Assembly (NCBI GenBank): GCA_015680685.1
Contig: MNCI01002011.1
Coordinates: forward strand, 251,066-315,065
Length of the DNA stretch: 64,000 nucleotides
Source: Gnetum montanum
Lineage: Eukaryota; Plantae; Gnetophyta
Reading direction: 5' to 3'
Part shown: one piece after another, positions 1 to 12,907 of the stretch
Layout: each line of letters opens with the position of its first letter
Position numbering within the stretch: the first letter of the stretch is position 1
The notes under the pieces: model-generated
Told to the model about the DNA's origin: nothing
What the model saw: only the letters and a program-made list of their open reading frames with translations
Database searches by the model: none
Made by a program: the position numbers and the translations under genes

Positions 1-2
1 CA

Positions 3-3000
3 AGAGATATTAACATAAACCTCATCCACTTAAGTTCATCAACGGATGACGCAGTCATCACCTCAACACAACAAACAATAGACAACTACAAAGGCATGAC
101 AAGATCCCTCAACATAGGAGCCGAAAATATCACCAAAGACCCATTGACCGAAACCCCCATAACCATTCCCGATGGGGAAATTAAAATACTAAAATTAAGC
201 ACATTACTAAAACCTCACCTAGCCAAGAACATTGAAGACGTGCTTAGGGAAAATATGAAAGCATTCGCTTGGTCTTATACAGACATGCCCGGACTAGATC
301 CCCGAATTGTCCAGCACAATATTATTCTGGACCCAAAATTAAGACCAGTAACATAGAAGGCACAAAAGGTTAAACCCGAAGTGGCATTAGCAGTTCGTAA
401 TGAGATCACCAAACTTTATCAGGCTGGCTTCATTCAAGCTATTGATTACACCGAGTGGGTATCCAACATGGTCATTGTTCTGAAGAAGAATGGGAGCATT
501 CGCTTAGGTATTGACTTTCAGGATTTAAATATTGCAACCATAAAAGATGATTTTCCTCTACCCAGCATCGATCAACTTGTTGACTCGACTGCTGGGCACG
601 CGCTATTATCTTTTATGGATGGCTTCTCGGGATACAATCAAATATGCATCAACCCGAGGCATTAGCTTCGGACAACCTTTATGACACCATGGGGAATCTT
701 TTGTTACACAATGATGCTATTCAGTCTCAAGAATGCTGGGGCCACGTATCAAAGAGCAATGACATTCATCTTTAGAGATTACATGTTACACTCGCTCAAC
801 GACTATGTAGACGAAATTGTGGTTAAGTCAAAAACATCGGAACAACATATACAAGACCTTGACCTGGTATTAAAACGCTGTTTAAAGTATGAATTGAGAC
901 TCAACCCAACAAAATGTGTCTTCGACGTCAAGACAGGAAAAATGCTTGGATTCATAGCCTCAGAAGTAGGGATACGAGTAGACCCCGATAAGGTTAAGGC
1001 CATAACAAACCTGAAACCACTAGGCAACCTTACCGAACTTCGAGGTCTACAAGGTAGATTACAGTTTATCAGGCGCTTCATAGAAAAATTGACAGACAAA
1101 CTAAAACCAATGAACCACCTGTTACGCAAGAACGTCCATTTCGAATGGACTCCGCAGTGTCAAGAAGCATTCGATAGCATTAAAATGACACTTTCCTGAT
1201 TACCCACGGTTTACCCATCTCAAAACGATAAACCATTTTACATCTACCTCGCTACTTCGGATTTGTCGATTGCGTCTATGCTTTGCCAGAAACAAGATGA
1301 CAGAACCGAAGTCTCTGTGTATTACTGAAGCCATGCATTAGTTACCTACGAGAAAAAGTATAACGACGTGGAGAGGTCTTGTTTAGCTTTGGTCTTTGCT
1401 TTGAGAAGATGGCGAAATTACCTCTTCCGTAACCAAGTTAACATAATTTGTAGAGATAATGTGCTCAGGGCCATCACAGGAAACATTTACGAAATGAGTC
1501 GAATAGCCCGCTGGAAAGCCATGATAGCTGAATTTGACCTGCACTACATAGCGCAATCATTAGTTAAAGGTCAAGCCATAGCAAGTCAAATGGCCATGTC
1601 ACCAATGCATGATCAAGTGACAATAGAACCAGAATTCCCGGATGAGGATATAAGCGCAATAGACATAGTGCCCAACAACTATGATGCCATTCTAAACTTT
1701 GATGGAGCGTCCACCTCTCGAGGGGGAAGTGCAGCCACTGTTATCACCTATCCCTCCTGGGAGATCCGACCCTTTGCTTATCGTTTCAACTTTCATTGTA
1801 CAAACAACATAGCAGAATACGAAGGTCTCCTTAGAGGTCTCGTGGCAGCATTGGCTTTAGACATCACACGGCTTGTGGTCAGAGGAGACTCGCAGCTGGT
1901 CATAAACCAAGTCACAGACGTCTATACATGTAAAGCCCAACATTTACAACCATATTGCAACCTGGCAAAACACCTAACGAGGTGATTCGAAAACATCGAT
2001 GTGCAACACATCTCTAGAAATGACAATACCATCGCAGACGCACTAGCCATCTTGGTATTAAACATATCGCCTAACATGTTCCACACGTTGCCAAGCTCCA
2101 TAACCAGTTGTGCCGAACCAATAACCGATACTCTTGACACACTGCGAATCGCATCTGTTAGTACGACACACGCCATAGAATGGTATGATGACATAAAAGA
2201 ATACCTTCTACGCGGCGAAACACCACGACATCTAACAAATGCACAAAAGGATGCAGTACGAAAATGTTCTAAGCAGTACACCCTAGTAGGGGACATGTTA
2301 TGTCATAGATCCTACGAAGGCATATTGCTAACATGCGTCAATAGTACCGATGCCCAAACCATTGTCGAACAAGTACACAACGGATTATGTGGAGCACACA
2401 TAGCGCCAAAATCCATGATGACAAAGATTAGACGCTTAGGCTATTATTGGCCACACATGGAATACGACTGCCTCTCCAAGGTCAAAACATGTAGTACTTG
2501 TCAAAAACATAGCAATCTAATACATGTCCCACCACATGAATTGCATACAGCCCAAATCACGTGGCCCTTTCAAAAGTGGGGATTGGACCTTATCGGCCCG
2601 ATAACACCCTCATCTTCTGTAGGGCATGGCTTTATCATAACCGCAACTAAATATTTTATGAAGTGGGTAGAAGCTGCTCCCCTTCGAAAAACTACATCTA
2701 AACATGTATGCAATTTCATTCTCGAAAACATTATAACCCGCTTTGGCATTCCCATGACAATCATCACTAACAACGGGCCACAATTTAGTAGCGCCGAGAC
2801 CAAAACCTTTTGTGAAAGTTTAGGGATCAAACACTTGTTTTCATCCCCTTATTATCCTCAGAGCAATGGGCAAGCAGAGGTGACGAACAAAACGATTTTC
2901 ACAATACTCAAAAAGATGCTCATCCAAAGCAAGCGAAGATGGCACGAACAATTGATATACGCATTGTGGGCATACCGTACTATACATCGAATTTCAATAG

Positions 3001-3373
3001 GTAAAACACCATATAGTCTTGTTTATAGTTCAGAAACTATTTTACCTTTGGAATTACAGGTACCATCTTTAAGGATAACACTTTCTGGACTCCTCGACGA
3101 CGGGTAAAACAATGATCTGCACATCAGATCGAATGGTATCAAAAACAACAACGGCAATGACATCGGCACAACACCCATAAGCGCCCTATCAAAGAAGGTG
3201 ACCTTGTACTTAAGGCAGGTTGAGAACACTCAGACAAATTCTCAACCAACCGGGAAGGGCCTTACTTGGTCATTAAAGCATTCGACAACGGAGCATTCAA
3301 GCTCGCTGATATGGAAGGGAATGAGTTTGCCAATCCAACCAATCACTTGTTCCTAAAACCATTCTACATTTGA
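3..3373 (+). pseudogene. pol: Tat pol pseudogene (RT, RNase H, additional archaeal-type RNase H, integrase with GPY/F tail); several in-frame stops
   Basis: RT: FAWSYTDMPGLDP, SFMDGFSGYNQI, YVDE (mutated YVDD). RH: ERSCLALVFAL. aRH: FDGAS, TNNIAEYEGL, GDSQLVINQV, HISRNDNTIADALA. INT: HNGLCGAH..CSTC, WGLDLIGP, YPQSNGQAE. Ends HLFLKPFYI* at 3371-3373. Confidence 0.95.
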
Positions 3374-3395
3374 GTAAAAGCTTAGGTACGTGCAA

Positions 3396-3762
3396 GTCCT
3401 GGAGTCACGACTTTAAACTGATACCACAGAATAGTCTTGGAGTCATGAATTTAAACTGATACCACAGAATAGTCTTGGATCATGACTTAAAATTGGTACC
3501 ACAGCTCGTCCTGGAATCATGACGATAAACTGATACCACACAGTGTCCACAATGACGATAAACTAGCACCCGTCAGGCACGACAGTAAACTACCACCGTC
3601 ACATTTATTAGAGTCCGCTAAGACTATAAACTATTTTGCCTCTTCATGGTCCGCTAAGACTAGAAACTGGCACTGCAGCGTCCACCACGACGCTAAATGG
3701 GCAACGTCCAACGGGTTATGACATAAAACTAACCCATGATAGTCCGCCAAGACCATAAATCG
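3396..3762 (+). repeat. Tandem array of 11 GTC-N6-10-GAC-NNN-AAACT units (Box-1/coremin xrRNA-like)
   Basis: Units start at 3396, 3434, 3472, 3508, 3545, 3572, 3613, 3649, 3680, 3706 and 3742, e.g. GTCCGCTAAGACTATAAACTA and GTCAGGCACGACAGTAAACTAC. The first units are ~36-38-bp tandem duplicates; later ones have unrelated spacers. Confidence 0.85.
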
Positions 3763-4829
3763 GCAAGTTCATCTCTGGTTCATCAACCCGCTACCACATT
3801 CAAACTTCATCAGAACCACTACATCGCTCGCCATCAGACAATCCCACCAATGTCGCTGCCACTCATATACAGTGCTTGAAATCACCTCCAATGTCTTTGT
3901 AATTGTGTAAGTCTAAGCTCGCTTATTCACTCATGGTTTTCTTGTTTCCTTAGAGTGATGTTTGCAGGATGACACCCAGAGGTTTTCGCACAAAAATGCA
4001 TTTCATCATAAGCAGCAAGATGGGACAATGTTCACAGCACGCATGGCAAGACTGAATCAAACCATTTGCTAGTACATCCCCATTTCTCAATACACTCCCT
4101 ATCTATTCCCCGATACACTTTACTCAGTCACACCTTTGATACACCCAGTACATCCAAAACTTTGAGCACGCCGTTGCATACTATAACACTTTGAAGCAGT
4201 TGCAACACATGACATAGCACTTGTACATGAGTATAGAATCAATGTAGAGTTTCTTCCCAAAGAAAAAACTCAAAGACCCTTGGCACTTCCCATACAAGCC
4301 CCAGGCAGGAAGGCAATCGTCTTAAAACCAAGTACTCATGTCAAAAATAATCAAAAAACATCCAGTTGCATAGCTTTGGCCCTCTACCAACAGGCTTCCC
4401 CTAAGAATTAAACAAGGGCCCTGTTCCTCCAAAGAATGTAACACATCCTCCCGTGGCTTTGGTCTTGCCAGCAAGTTCTCTTGAACATTACCCAAGAGGC
4501 TTGTTCCGCCAAAGGACGCACATTACACGTATGGATTCCAAGTTTGCTAAATAATGGCTATTGACAAGGATCAGCATGACACACACACACCAGAGCATCC
4601 CCTTTTCATCAAGCATAATCCCTTGGGCAATTACTAGTCCTCACAATCCTCGTTCTCCTACCAGTTACAAATTTCACTTGCCCAATCCCATGTACTACTA
4701 AACACGGTATGATGATGTCTAGTCAAGTGGCAACGGACAAAGTCTCTATCAAGTTGCTTATGGTGTTTTGCACTTCTTTGTCGACGCTTCTCGGGTCGAT
4801 TCCTCCAAACGTCAACAAAGAGGGGCCAA

Positions 4830-6043
4830 TGAAACACCACAAAATTTTGAGCTTAGTACTTGTCCAACACCAAGCGGGTCCCTGGACCCCCAGACGACCA
4901 CAGCTACATTTGGTGTCAAACACGGCAACTTCGGAGATCAGAGGCTTGATTTTCACTAAGTATGCAGTTCCAGCATATACGCCCAAGTGTGCTTTCCCAG
5001 CGTATACGCCCAGCGTAGACGCCCAGCGTAAACGTCCAGCGTATACGCTCAGCATACACACCTCACATGTACGCCCAGCAGGTACAACAGATACATATGC
5101 CCGACATGAAACCTTCAAAGACGACATGAAAACAGCACTACAGAGCGAGATTTGGCATAAGGCAACAACCTTCAGCGTATATGCCCCAGCGTATACGCCC
5201 AGCATCCATTAGTGTATACGCCTAGCATCCACCAACGTATACGCTCAGTGTATACGCCAGCGTCCACGACATCTACGCCCAAGTGCGCATACACCCAGCA
5301 CCTCCAGCGTATACGCCCACAGTCTATGCTCGCCATAGACAATGTATACGCCCAGCGTATACGCCTGGCAAATGTAACATATTGTACACTTGTAAATTTT
5401 ACACTTTTGCACCCGATCAATGTGCCACGTGTCTTCCAACCCAAGTCTACCATCAAAACCCTGTATAAAAGCTTAATTTTTGACGAAATCCAGGACGATT
5501 GGAAAATTCCCAGAGCACACCAAAGAACAGAGACACTGAGAACCAGAGCACAAAACTTTTTACGCTGGAAAAAACTGTACGCTGAGCATACAACCTCTAC
5601 ACTGTGCTTACAGTGTGAACCAGCTGCAATCATCCCTGCACCCACCAGGGCTTTCGTCTACCTTGTGTTCCACTCACAACTGCGTTTGACCAATGCATTG
5701 TCCTTTCATTTTGTAATGTCATTGTTACATTTTCTTTCCATAATCGTTTACAGTTTGCATTAATTATTGTACGTATTTTGTTTACGCCTGTTTACGTTTA
5801 CGTTCTGTTTGCATTGGTTACACTGTTTACGCCCGCTACGCTGTTTACACATAACCCAGCGTATAGCACTTCGGTATACGTTTGAGGAAATCCTTGTCTG
5901 ATCTGCGTGCGGACCACCCAAGGTACTCTACCTTCGTTCGTTCCAGCTCGCCCTCAGGCGAAGGTAGGATCTTCTGTGCGTGTCCAATGATCCCACGACC
6001 TCTGTTTCCTTCTAGCCGGAGACCGACGATTTCAGACGGTACA
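4830..6043 (+). repeat. 3' LTR of Tat1 (~1.2 kb)
   Basis: Starts TG just after the PPT. The start TGAAACACC is shared with the LTRs at 51624 and 37169 (-). Contains GCGTATACGC repeats and a TATA (TATAAAAG ~5464). Ends ..GGTACA. Confidence 0.85.
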
Positions 6044-7625
6044 AAAATAGATTAGATAGTGGGATTTCTTCCTCTTTGTTGTTCCATCACAACCCAGAAA
6101 AGTGGTTAGCAACCACATTCTCAACTTCCTTTTGATTTACCATTGTAAGATTGAATTCCTGTAAGATCACCAACCATTGTATGACATGAGGGCTCACCAT
6201 TGGCTTGTTCATCAAAAAGCAAATTGCGTTGTGGTCTATGTGTACAAACACCTTGTATCCAAGCACATAATGCCTGAACTTTTAAAGAGTAAATACCACA
6301 ACCATCAGCTCTTTTTCTATGATGGTGTAGTTTAGTTATGCATTCACAATGCTTCAACTAGTGCAATCGATGTAATATGGATGTTTCTTGTCATCCATCT
6401 ACATAAGCACAACTCCTAAAGCATAATTTGATACATTTTTCATAACATGAAATGGTTTGGATTAGCTGAGTGCTTGTAGAATTGGAGTTTCTACAAGTCT
6501 ATCTTTTAGCCATTGGAATGCTTTTTCACATTCATTGGTTTAGACAAATGAAGCATCTTTCTTGGTTAGTTCAACCAATAATTTTTTGATCTTAGAGAAA
6601 TTCTCTATGAATTTTTGATAATAGCCAGTATGTCCAAAGAATGACCAAACATCTTTGATGCTTTTTGGTTGGCAAGTAATTTCTTGGATGTCCCTTATCT
6701 TTTCAACATCTACCTCAATTCCTGCTTATGAGATTTGGTGTTCCAATACAATGCCCTCCTGGACCATCAAATGACTCTTTTTTCAATTGAGTTACAAGTT
6801 GGTTTCAACACATCTTTTTAGTACTTACTCAAGACGGTCTAAGGCTTACTCAAATGTAGCTCCATAGGTGGAGAAATCATCCATGAAGACATTCACATTG
6901 CTACTGATTTTCTATTGAAAAATGCTTAGGACTAGGTGTTGGAAAGTAGTAGGGGCATTACATAGACCAAAAGACATCTTATGACAGGCGAAAGTCCCTC
7001 AAGGACTCATGAACATTGTTTTGGTCTAGTCCTCTAATGTTATTTGGATTTGGTTATAGCCACTATAACCATCCAGAAAACTATAGAAGCAATGCCCAGA
7101 TATTATGTCTAACATCTGATCAATGAATGATAATGGAAAATGGTCCTTGAATGTTGCCATATTTAGTAGCCAAAAATTAATGCAAACCCACCATGTACCT
7201 CCTTTCTTTTGCACAATCACAAGTGGACTAATCGACTCACTATCCATAATGGGATAGATAAACCTGACCTTGAGGAGTTGTTTAATTTCCTCTTTGATGA
7301 TCTACTTCAATTTGTGGCTCAGTCACCTTTGTGGCTACCTCTTTGGCTTCATAATCAAGTTAGTGTAGATACAATGCTTGCATATCCTAGGATCAATCCT
7401 TGTGAGTTCAAGATATGACCAAGCAAAGGTTTCTGACCATTTTTCAACCACTTTTAATAGCATCTACTTTTGTTCTAGAGCAAGATTTTCATTGATTATT
7501 ACTAGCTTTCCATTTTTAAAGAACACATATTCCATGTTGGTAGGTAGAATTTTTAATGCAAGGGGCTCTTGTTTGAAATTTTTAGGAATTTCCAACTCTT
7601 CCCAAAAGGTATCTTCATTTGCATT
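6044..7625 (-). pseudogene. pol: RT/RNase H of element A (decayed)
   Basis: DSESISPLVIVQKKGG, KDHFPLSFIDQML, YSFLDGYSGYNQI, VFMDDFS (~6870-6890), RH end ENVVANHFS. Confidence 0.9.
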
Positions 7626-8491
7626 TGATGAATCATGATTCATTAGGCTCTGATATCGAACCCGCAATATCGGATCCATGATATTAGGTACATGATATCG
7701 CGACCTAGCTAGTGATATCGGATACACGATATTGTAACTCCTATGCGGGCCTATAAATACACATGTACGCGCAAGGAGTTAGGGAGTCAGTTAAGTTAGT
7801 AGTTCAATTAGAAGTTAGTTTTCATTTTTAGTTCTTCTCAACCCTTTTCCCCTAGTGCATGCTCGCAGTGTGATGATTGTAATTGTATGACACCTTTATT
7901 CGAGTGTGACGTACTTGGAAATGCACATGATCAGAAATAAAGATCGAGATTACTTCATCATTATAGCATTCACTTAGTTTAATTATTTAAATGTTATTCA
8001 TTGCTTTCTTACTTAATACTTCTTTACTCTCAACTCCTATCCTTGTTAGTAAAAGCAGAATGAGTATGACTTAATCACGTGCATTTAAGTGTGACTACTT
8101 GGTATCCCAGTAGCGTACCTAGGATCTGCCCTTTGGTAATCCCAGTAGTAGTTGTACATGAGGTCCAAGATGTGTATGGATGATTAAGGATGGATGCTCA
8201 TCGCACTTAGGGTAGCTTAGCCTCTCTTCACCCTTTCCCTCTTAGTTAAAACAAAGTTACTTTCCATTGCCTCTAGGAGTAGCACTAGTCTAGGACCACA
8301 TCATACACCTCACTCTGGACTAAACCATACATGACAAAGTAAATACTAGTCTAGGTGGGAAGACAACAAACTATGATCGATGAGTAACTATCTAGATACC
8401 ACAACTAGCCTGTCTACAAAGTTTGATCAGATCGTGCGTGAAACGCTCGTATTCATATGGTTGAGTGTAGGGGGTACCTCGCCACTCATCA
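7626..8491 (+). repeat. 5' LTR of element B
   Basis: Collinear with 15896-16740; CGATATCG-like repeats followed by TATA (CTATAAATA ~7752). Confidence 0.95.
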
Positions 8492-8492
8492 T

Positions 8493-8510
8493 TGGCACCG
8501 TTGCTAGGGA
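8493..8510 (+). other. Primer-binding site, tRNA-Asp type (Athila)
   Basis: TGGCACCGTTGCTAGGGA resembles the Athila PBS TGGCGCCGTTGCCGGGGA and lies 1 nt after the LTR end. Confidence 0.85.
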
Positions 8511-8628
8511 TGGTGTTAGTTATTTAGACTAGTTATATCATACAAGATTATTGTAATGAGCATTAATGAAATATCCTTTATAAAAGAAATTAAATCAAAT
8601 TCAATTAAGTCACACACCACCCATAACA

Positions 8629-10963
8629 ATGTCTCTCTCACAAGACTATGCTAACACCAGAACTAGTGAGGCAATTCATTGGAGAACCAATGAATTATAT
8701 GATGAAGACAAAGTTTGGAGTACTCAACCTTATGTAGGAATTCCATATGTTCATGAGTATCCTAGGGATCCTCAAGGATTCTTGTCAACCAACTCTGACA
8801 CCTCTAGTAAGGATGGGATAGACCATAGAATGAGGAGACTCGAAAGGCCTAGGACCTTCTCAATAACTAACCAGAATCTATTAGGGGATGATTGGAAAAC
8901 TTACAAAAGTTAGGACAAGTTTTTCAGTTCTTTCTCTTCCTCTACTCCTTCAACATCAGATCATGACACAGATGACTATCTTTCAAGGGATCGACATAGA
9001 ACTAAAAATTGAGCTCACAAAGAAAATTGAGAATGCCATCATGAACAAGGACAACATCATCTCAACTCGCAAACGCACAACCTACTTAGTGATGATCAAC
9101 CCCTGTTAGTCACTAAGAGCCTAATGCCTATACAAGAGGTCGTTCGAATATCTTGTAGGCATCGCAAAGAAAGCCGTCTACCCAAGCTTGATTTAAACAA
9201 CTTTTCCAAGTTTGCAGGAGGCTATGATTTAGATCTACAATAGCATATACAAGACTTCTATGATGCCTATGTATGGAATAATATCAATAATGGGTGGCAA
9301 AAACTTAAGCTATTTTCTATGACACTCGTTGGCCAAGAAAAAGTTTGGTATAGATCCTTAAAACCAAAATCAATCCGTAGTTGGTCAACAATGGTAGAAC
9401 TCTTTTTCGAATGATATCAAACCTATGCCAAAGTGTTGGCCTTGAGGAGACAAACCCAAGAATGGAAACAAGGGCAACATGAAACCTTGGACATGGCCTT
9501 AGAAAGATACTATTCTTTGTGAAACAAATGCCCAAGCCATGGATTATCTAGGGAAAGACTAATGAATCACATCATGGATGGGCTCTGTAATGAAACTAGG
9601 GAAACCCTAGGGATGTATGCTCGAGGTCAACTATACGAGCTACAAACCCATTAAGTCCAAGAGCTTATTAAGTGGGAAGCAAAAGAAGAAGGAGAAATGG
9701 CTAAATGGGATAATGTTGAAAACTCTCAATGGGACCAAAATCTTGAATTAGCAAAGGTCCATAACCATAAAGAGAAGAAATCAACTCACCTTGAGGAAGT
9801 GCAATCATTTCTACCTTTTCCAATGCAACAATCACTAGATGAAATCAAGGAAAAGATTAATAAAATGACAAAATGTGTGCATGGAAAATATGGAGAATAT
9901 GCTAACAATAGTAGAGGTAAAATTATGCCAAATCAAGAAACAGGACAGGACACCACGCAACAATTAGAACAAAGGGTAGAAGATAATAAGAATAAGAACT
10001 CAACTACCAACTTCACATATCAATGCAACATCTGTCTGTATGATCACCCCAAAGGCCAATGCCCAGTTTTATCACATTTACATGAGCATTGGGGAGAAAT
10101 GTTACATCCATATTTTGTACAGAAATATTGGGTTCAACCACAGTGGCAAAAGCCCTAGTCGTGGGGGAGGCCATCGCCAACTTGACCATATCCTTTGTAT
10201 GTCCCAACACCAAATGGTTACTATGTTCAACACCCTATTTCTCCAACCGGATCATCATCCTCTACTTCACCTCATTGTTATCATTCTCTGAAATACTATC
10301 CACTCACATCCTCTCCAATAAGGTTGCCACCTTATGTAACTTACACTTTTTCTCAACAACAATATTCTCATCCTTCACCTCCTTCTACATTGCCACCAAT
10401 TGTACCAGAAGGTTTTGCACCACAACACCAACCTATGAATGCTACTTGTGCTACTATTGTCAACAATAATGGAAGTACTCAAAAGTGCCCTTTCTTTAGG
10501 CATTGCTATAGGAAGAAGTAGCACAATGTTGAACCCACTGCATCTTCCAACCCAATACAAGTTCCACACCATGATGCATCCTTTCCCTCAAACTCAACCA
10601 CATGTTACTTTATTAGGGCCACCAATCAATACTCCAAAAACTATGCAGCCCAATAAATATAACCACAAAGGGGAACACATTGATCCTTACATGCCATCTT
10701 ATGGTCAAGGGTGCCATAGTGGGGTAGCTCCTTATCCCATGACCCCATCATATAACCTACCCCACTATGTCTATTATGGTCAAGTGTGTGAACCCCAATA
10801 TAGGTACATTCCAACCACCACATCAAAAGACACCCAGTGGTTGGGATATGATCGATCCCCAACATTTCCAACATGCATGATCCACACTTTCCATTTATTA
10901 ATTCTCGTCATGATCAAAGGTTTAGTTAAGGGGGATATCCCCCATTCTAACAAGCAGAATTAA
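8629..10963 (+). pseudogene. gag: gag of element B (decayed; Retrotrans_gag-like core, Cx2Cx3Hx4C knuckle, Pro/Gln/Tyr-rich tail)
   Basis: HIQDFYDAY..KLKLFSMTLVGQEKVWYRSLKPKSI (~9240-9380) and CNICLYDHPKGQCP (~10024-10065). Homologous to the gags of A and E. Confidence 0.8.
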
Positions 10964-12907
10964 TAAATATTTTTCCTTTTCTTTAATTTTACAATTTTTT
11001 GTTTTCTACTTTTTCATTTTTCAACTTGTTGTTTTATCTTTTTGAGGGTAATCTCATCGGTAAATAAAATACTCATGTGACCCGTTGGTGGAGGTGTTGT
11101 TCTATGCTATCAAGTCTCAAGTAACTAATTATTTGGACAGTGAGTCCATCACATCCACCCAACCATTCTATTAATAATAGGTTCTACTCTGGGTACAATG
11201 ATATTCTTGACATCATTAAAACTTAAAGTAATTTTGTTATACCCAAAGCAAAGAAGGATGGACCAAGAGGGAATGACAAGGGTGTGACATCAATGGGACT
11301 TGTGGATTCTCTTTGGTGACATTTGTAGGAGTTATCATGCAACATGGTTATACCAAGATCCTTGTAGATCTAAGAAAAAATGGAAGTAAGAATAATAAAG
11401 ACACTCAATCACAAAAACCAATTTTATTCTAGGGGGTCCCATTGGAAAGACATGCACCCATGCTTGAAGGTAGGTAGCTTCTCTAGATTTCGCATCTCAA
11501 AAAAAAAATAGGAGGGAGTGTGCCAAAGAGACCACACAAAAAGAACAAAGAAAAAAAAAGAGAGATCAAGATCAAAATGCTACAAAATAATCACTCCTCG
11601 CTTGAACAGAATGCCAAGTGATCATATGCCTTGTTGTCATGGTACTCTTATGAGTGTCCATCATGGGATAAAATAATGCAATGTCACTAATCAGAGAAAT
11701 GGAATTTATCTTGATTTTGAAGCAACAGGTTAATGACACATTAATCATGCCCTACACTGAAGCTTCATTGTGCCCTGGGTCAGTTACCTCATGTTCCAAT
11801 CTCTGCAATCACTTCTACAATTTGCAGCATCTCGTTGTCCATGTATTTGTGACTTGTGTCTTATGTAGCATTGAATGCATACCTCATCACAGTGGTATTT
11901 ACATGTGTGAGTTTTGTTGCATCAGTATAGATTACATTTAATCCTTCTAATGCCTACGGATATTTTTAGGTGTGGTTACGCAAGAGAATTATAGGTTGGA
12001 ACCTACTTTGGGGAGGACCCACTTGCGTGACTTTTGTAATTTGAATTATTACACATCATCACATCATTTTATATCCTCTGAGTACTACATTACCAATAGT
12101 ATTCTTCCCCTTATCATCCTTCCAGTTTAACCATTCCTATGTACCAAAACATGTCCTTTTTCCTCATCTGATTTATGAATTTCATTGTCGGATCCTACCC
12201 CATTATACTTTTTATGCCTTTTGGTCTATTAAAAAATACCTTGAAGCCTTCATTTCTAGCCTTGAAATTTTAGAAATTCATCAATTTTTCTAAGTACCCT
12301 ATTTTATATAGGTCGCAATATCAGGTACGCGATATTGGGTCTGACGCGATATCGGGGCTGTGCTATCGGATATGCGATATCGCATCAACAAAAACTATAT
12401 ATATGGACCCCCCCTGGTGCACACCAACATCATTCTCAACTGTTCACACGGGGGAATTTTTCAAATTTTCTTCCATGAATTGCAACTTGTGCACCTCTTG
12501 GTCAACCAACCATAACTCGCTCGCTAGTGCTTTAATTCTCATTCCAATCAAACGTACCTGAACCCGAAGTGTTTAGCTTAGTCGTGGGGGAAGGGTACAC
12601 TCTAAATCATGCATAAATTTTTCGAAATTGATCATCGCCTGAAGGATAATATAAAGGATAATTGATTATAAAAATGATAAACATATTACCAAAACCAATC
12701 TTATCTCCTTATCGACATCGGGAAATTAAATATTAAAGTCACCTAATCAAATTGAGCCCAATATTAAAACTTTTAGGGAACATTTTCACAAAATTTCTTA
12801 ACTCTAAATCACACGAAATAAGAAAACGAACTCATTAAGGCAAGAAGTAAAGTATAACTCAAGTTTTATAAACAACCTTACTAATGATTGGTCCCATGTG
12901 ATTGCAG

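Larger units (their letters stand above)
1..6043 (+). mobile_element. Ty3/Gypsy Tat-clade (Ogre/Retand-type domain order) LTR retrotransposon 'Tat1', 3' part (5' end lies outside the window)
   Basis: pol in the order RT-RH-aRH-INT, long 3'UTR, PPT AAAGAGGGG at 4817-4825, LTR TGAAACACC...GGTACA at 4830-6043. The host Athila pol resumes on the - strand at 6044. Confidence 0.9.

Noticed and set aside
1685-2050. Second RNase H domain as a novelty
   Set aside because: The additional archaeal-type RNase H is an established feature of the Tat clade.
3396-3762. CRISPR array or hammerhead ribozyme interpretation of the repeat-spacer pattern
   Set aside because: There are no cas genes, the context is a eukaryotic TE, and repeat and spacer lengths are irregular. 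The hammerhead CUGANGA core and the GAAA directly after stem II are missing.
4709-5763. ORFs with PAYTPS/GVYAG repeats
   Set aside because: They are translations of the GCGTATACGC palindrome array inside the LTR and are open on both strands.
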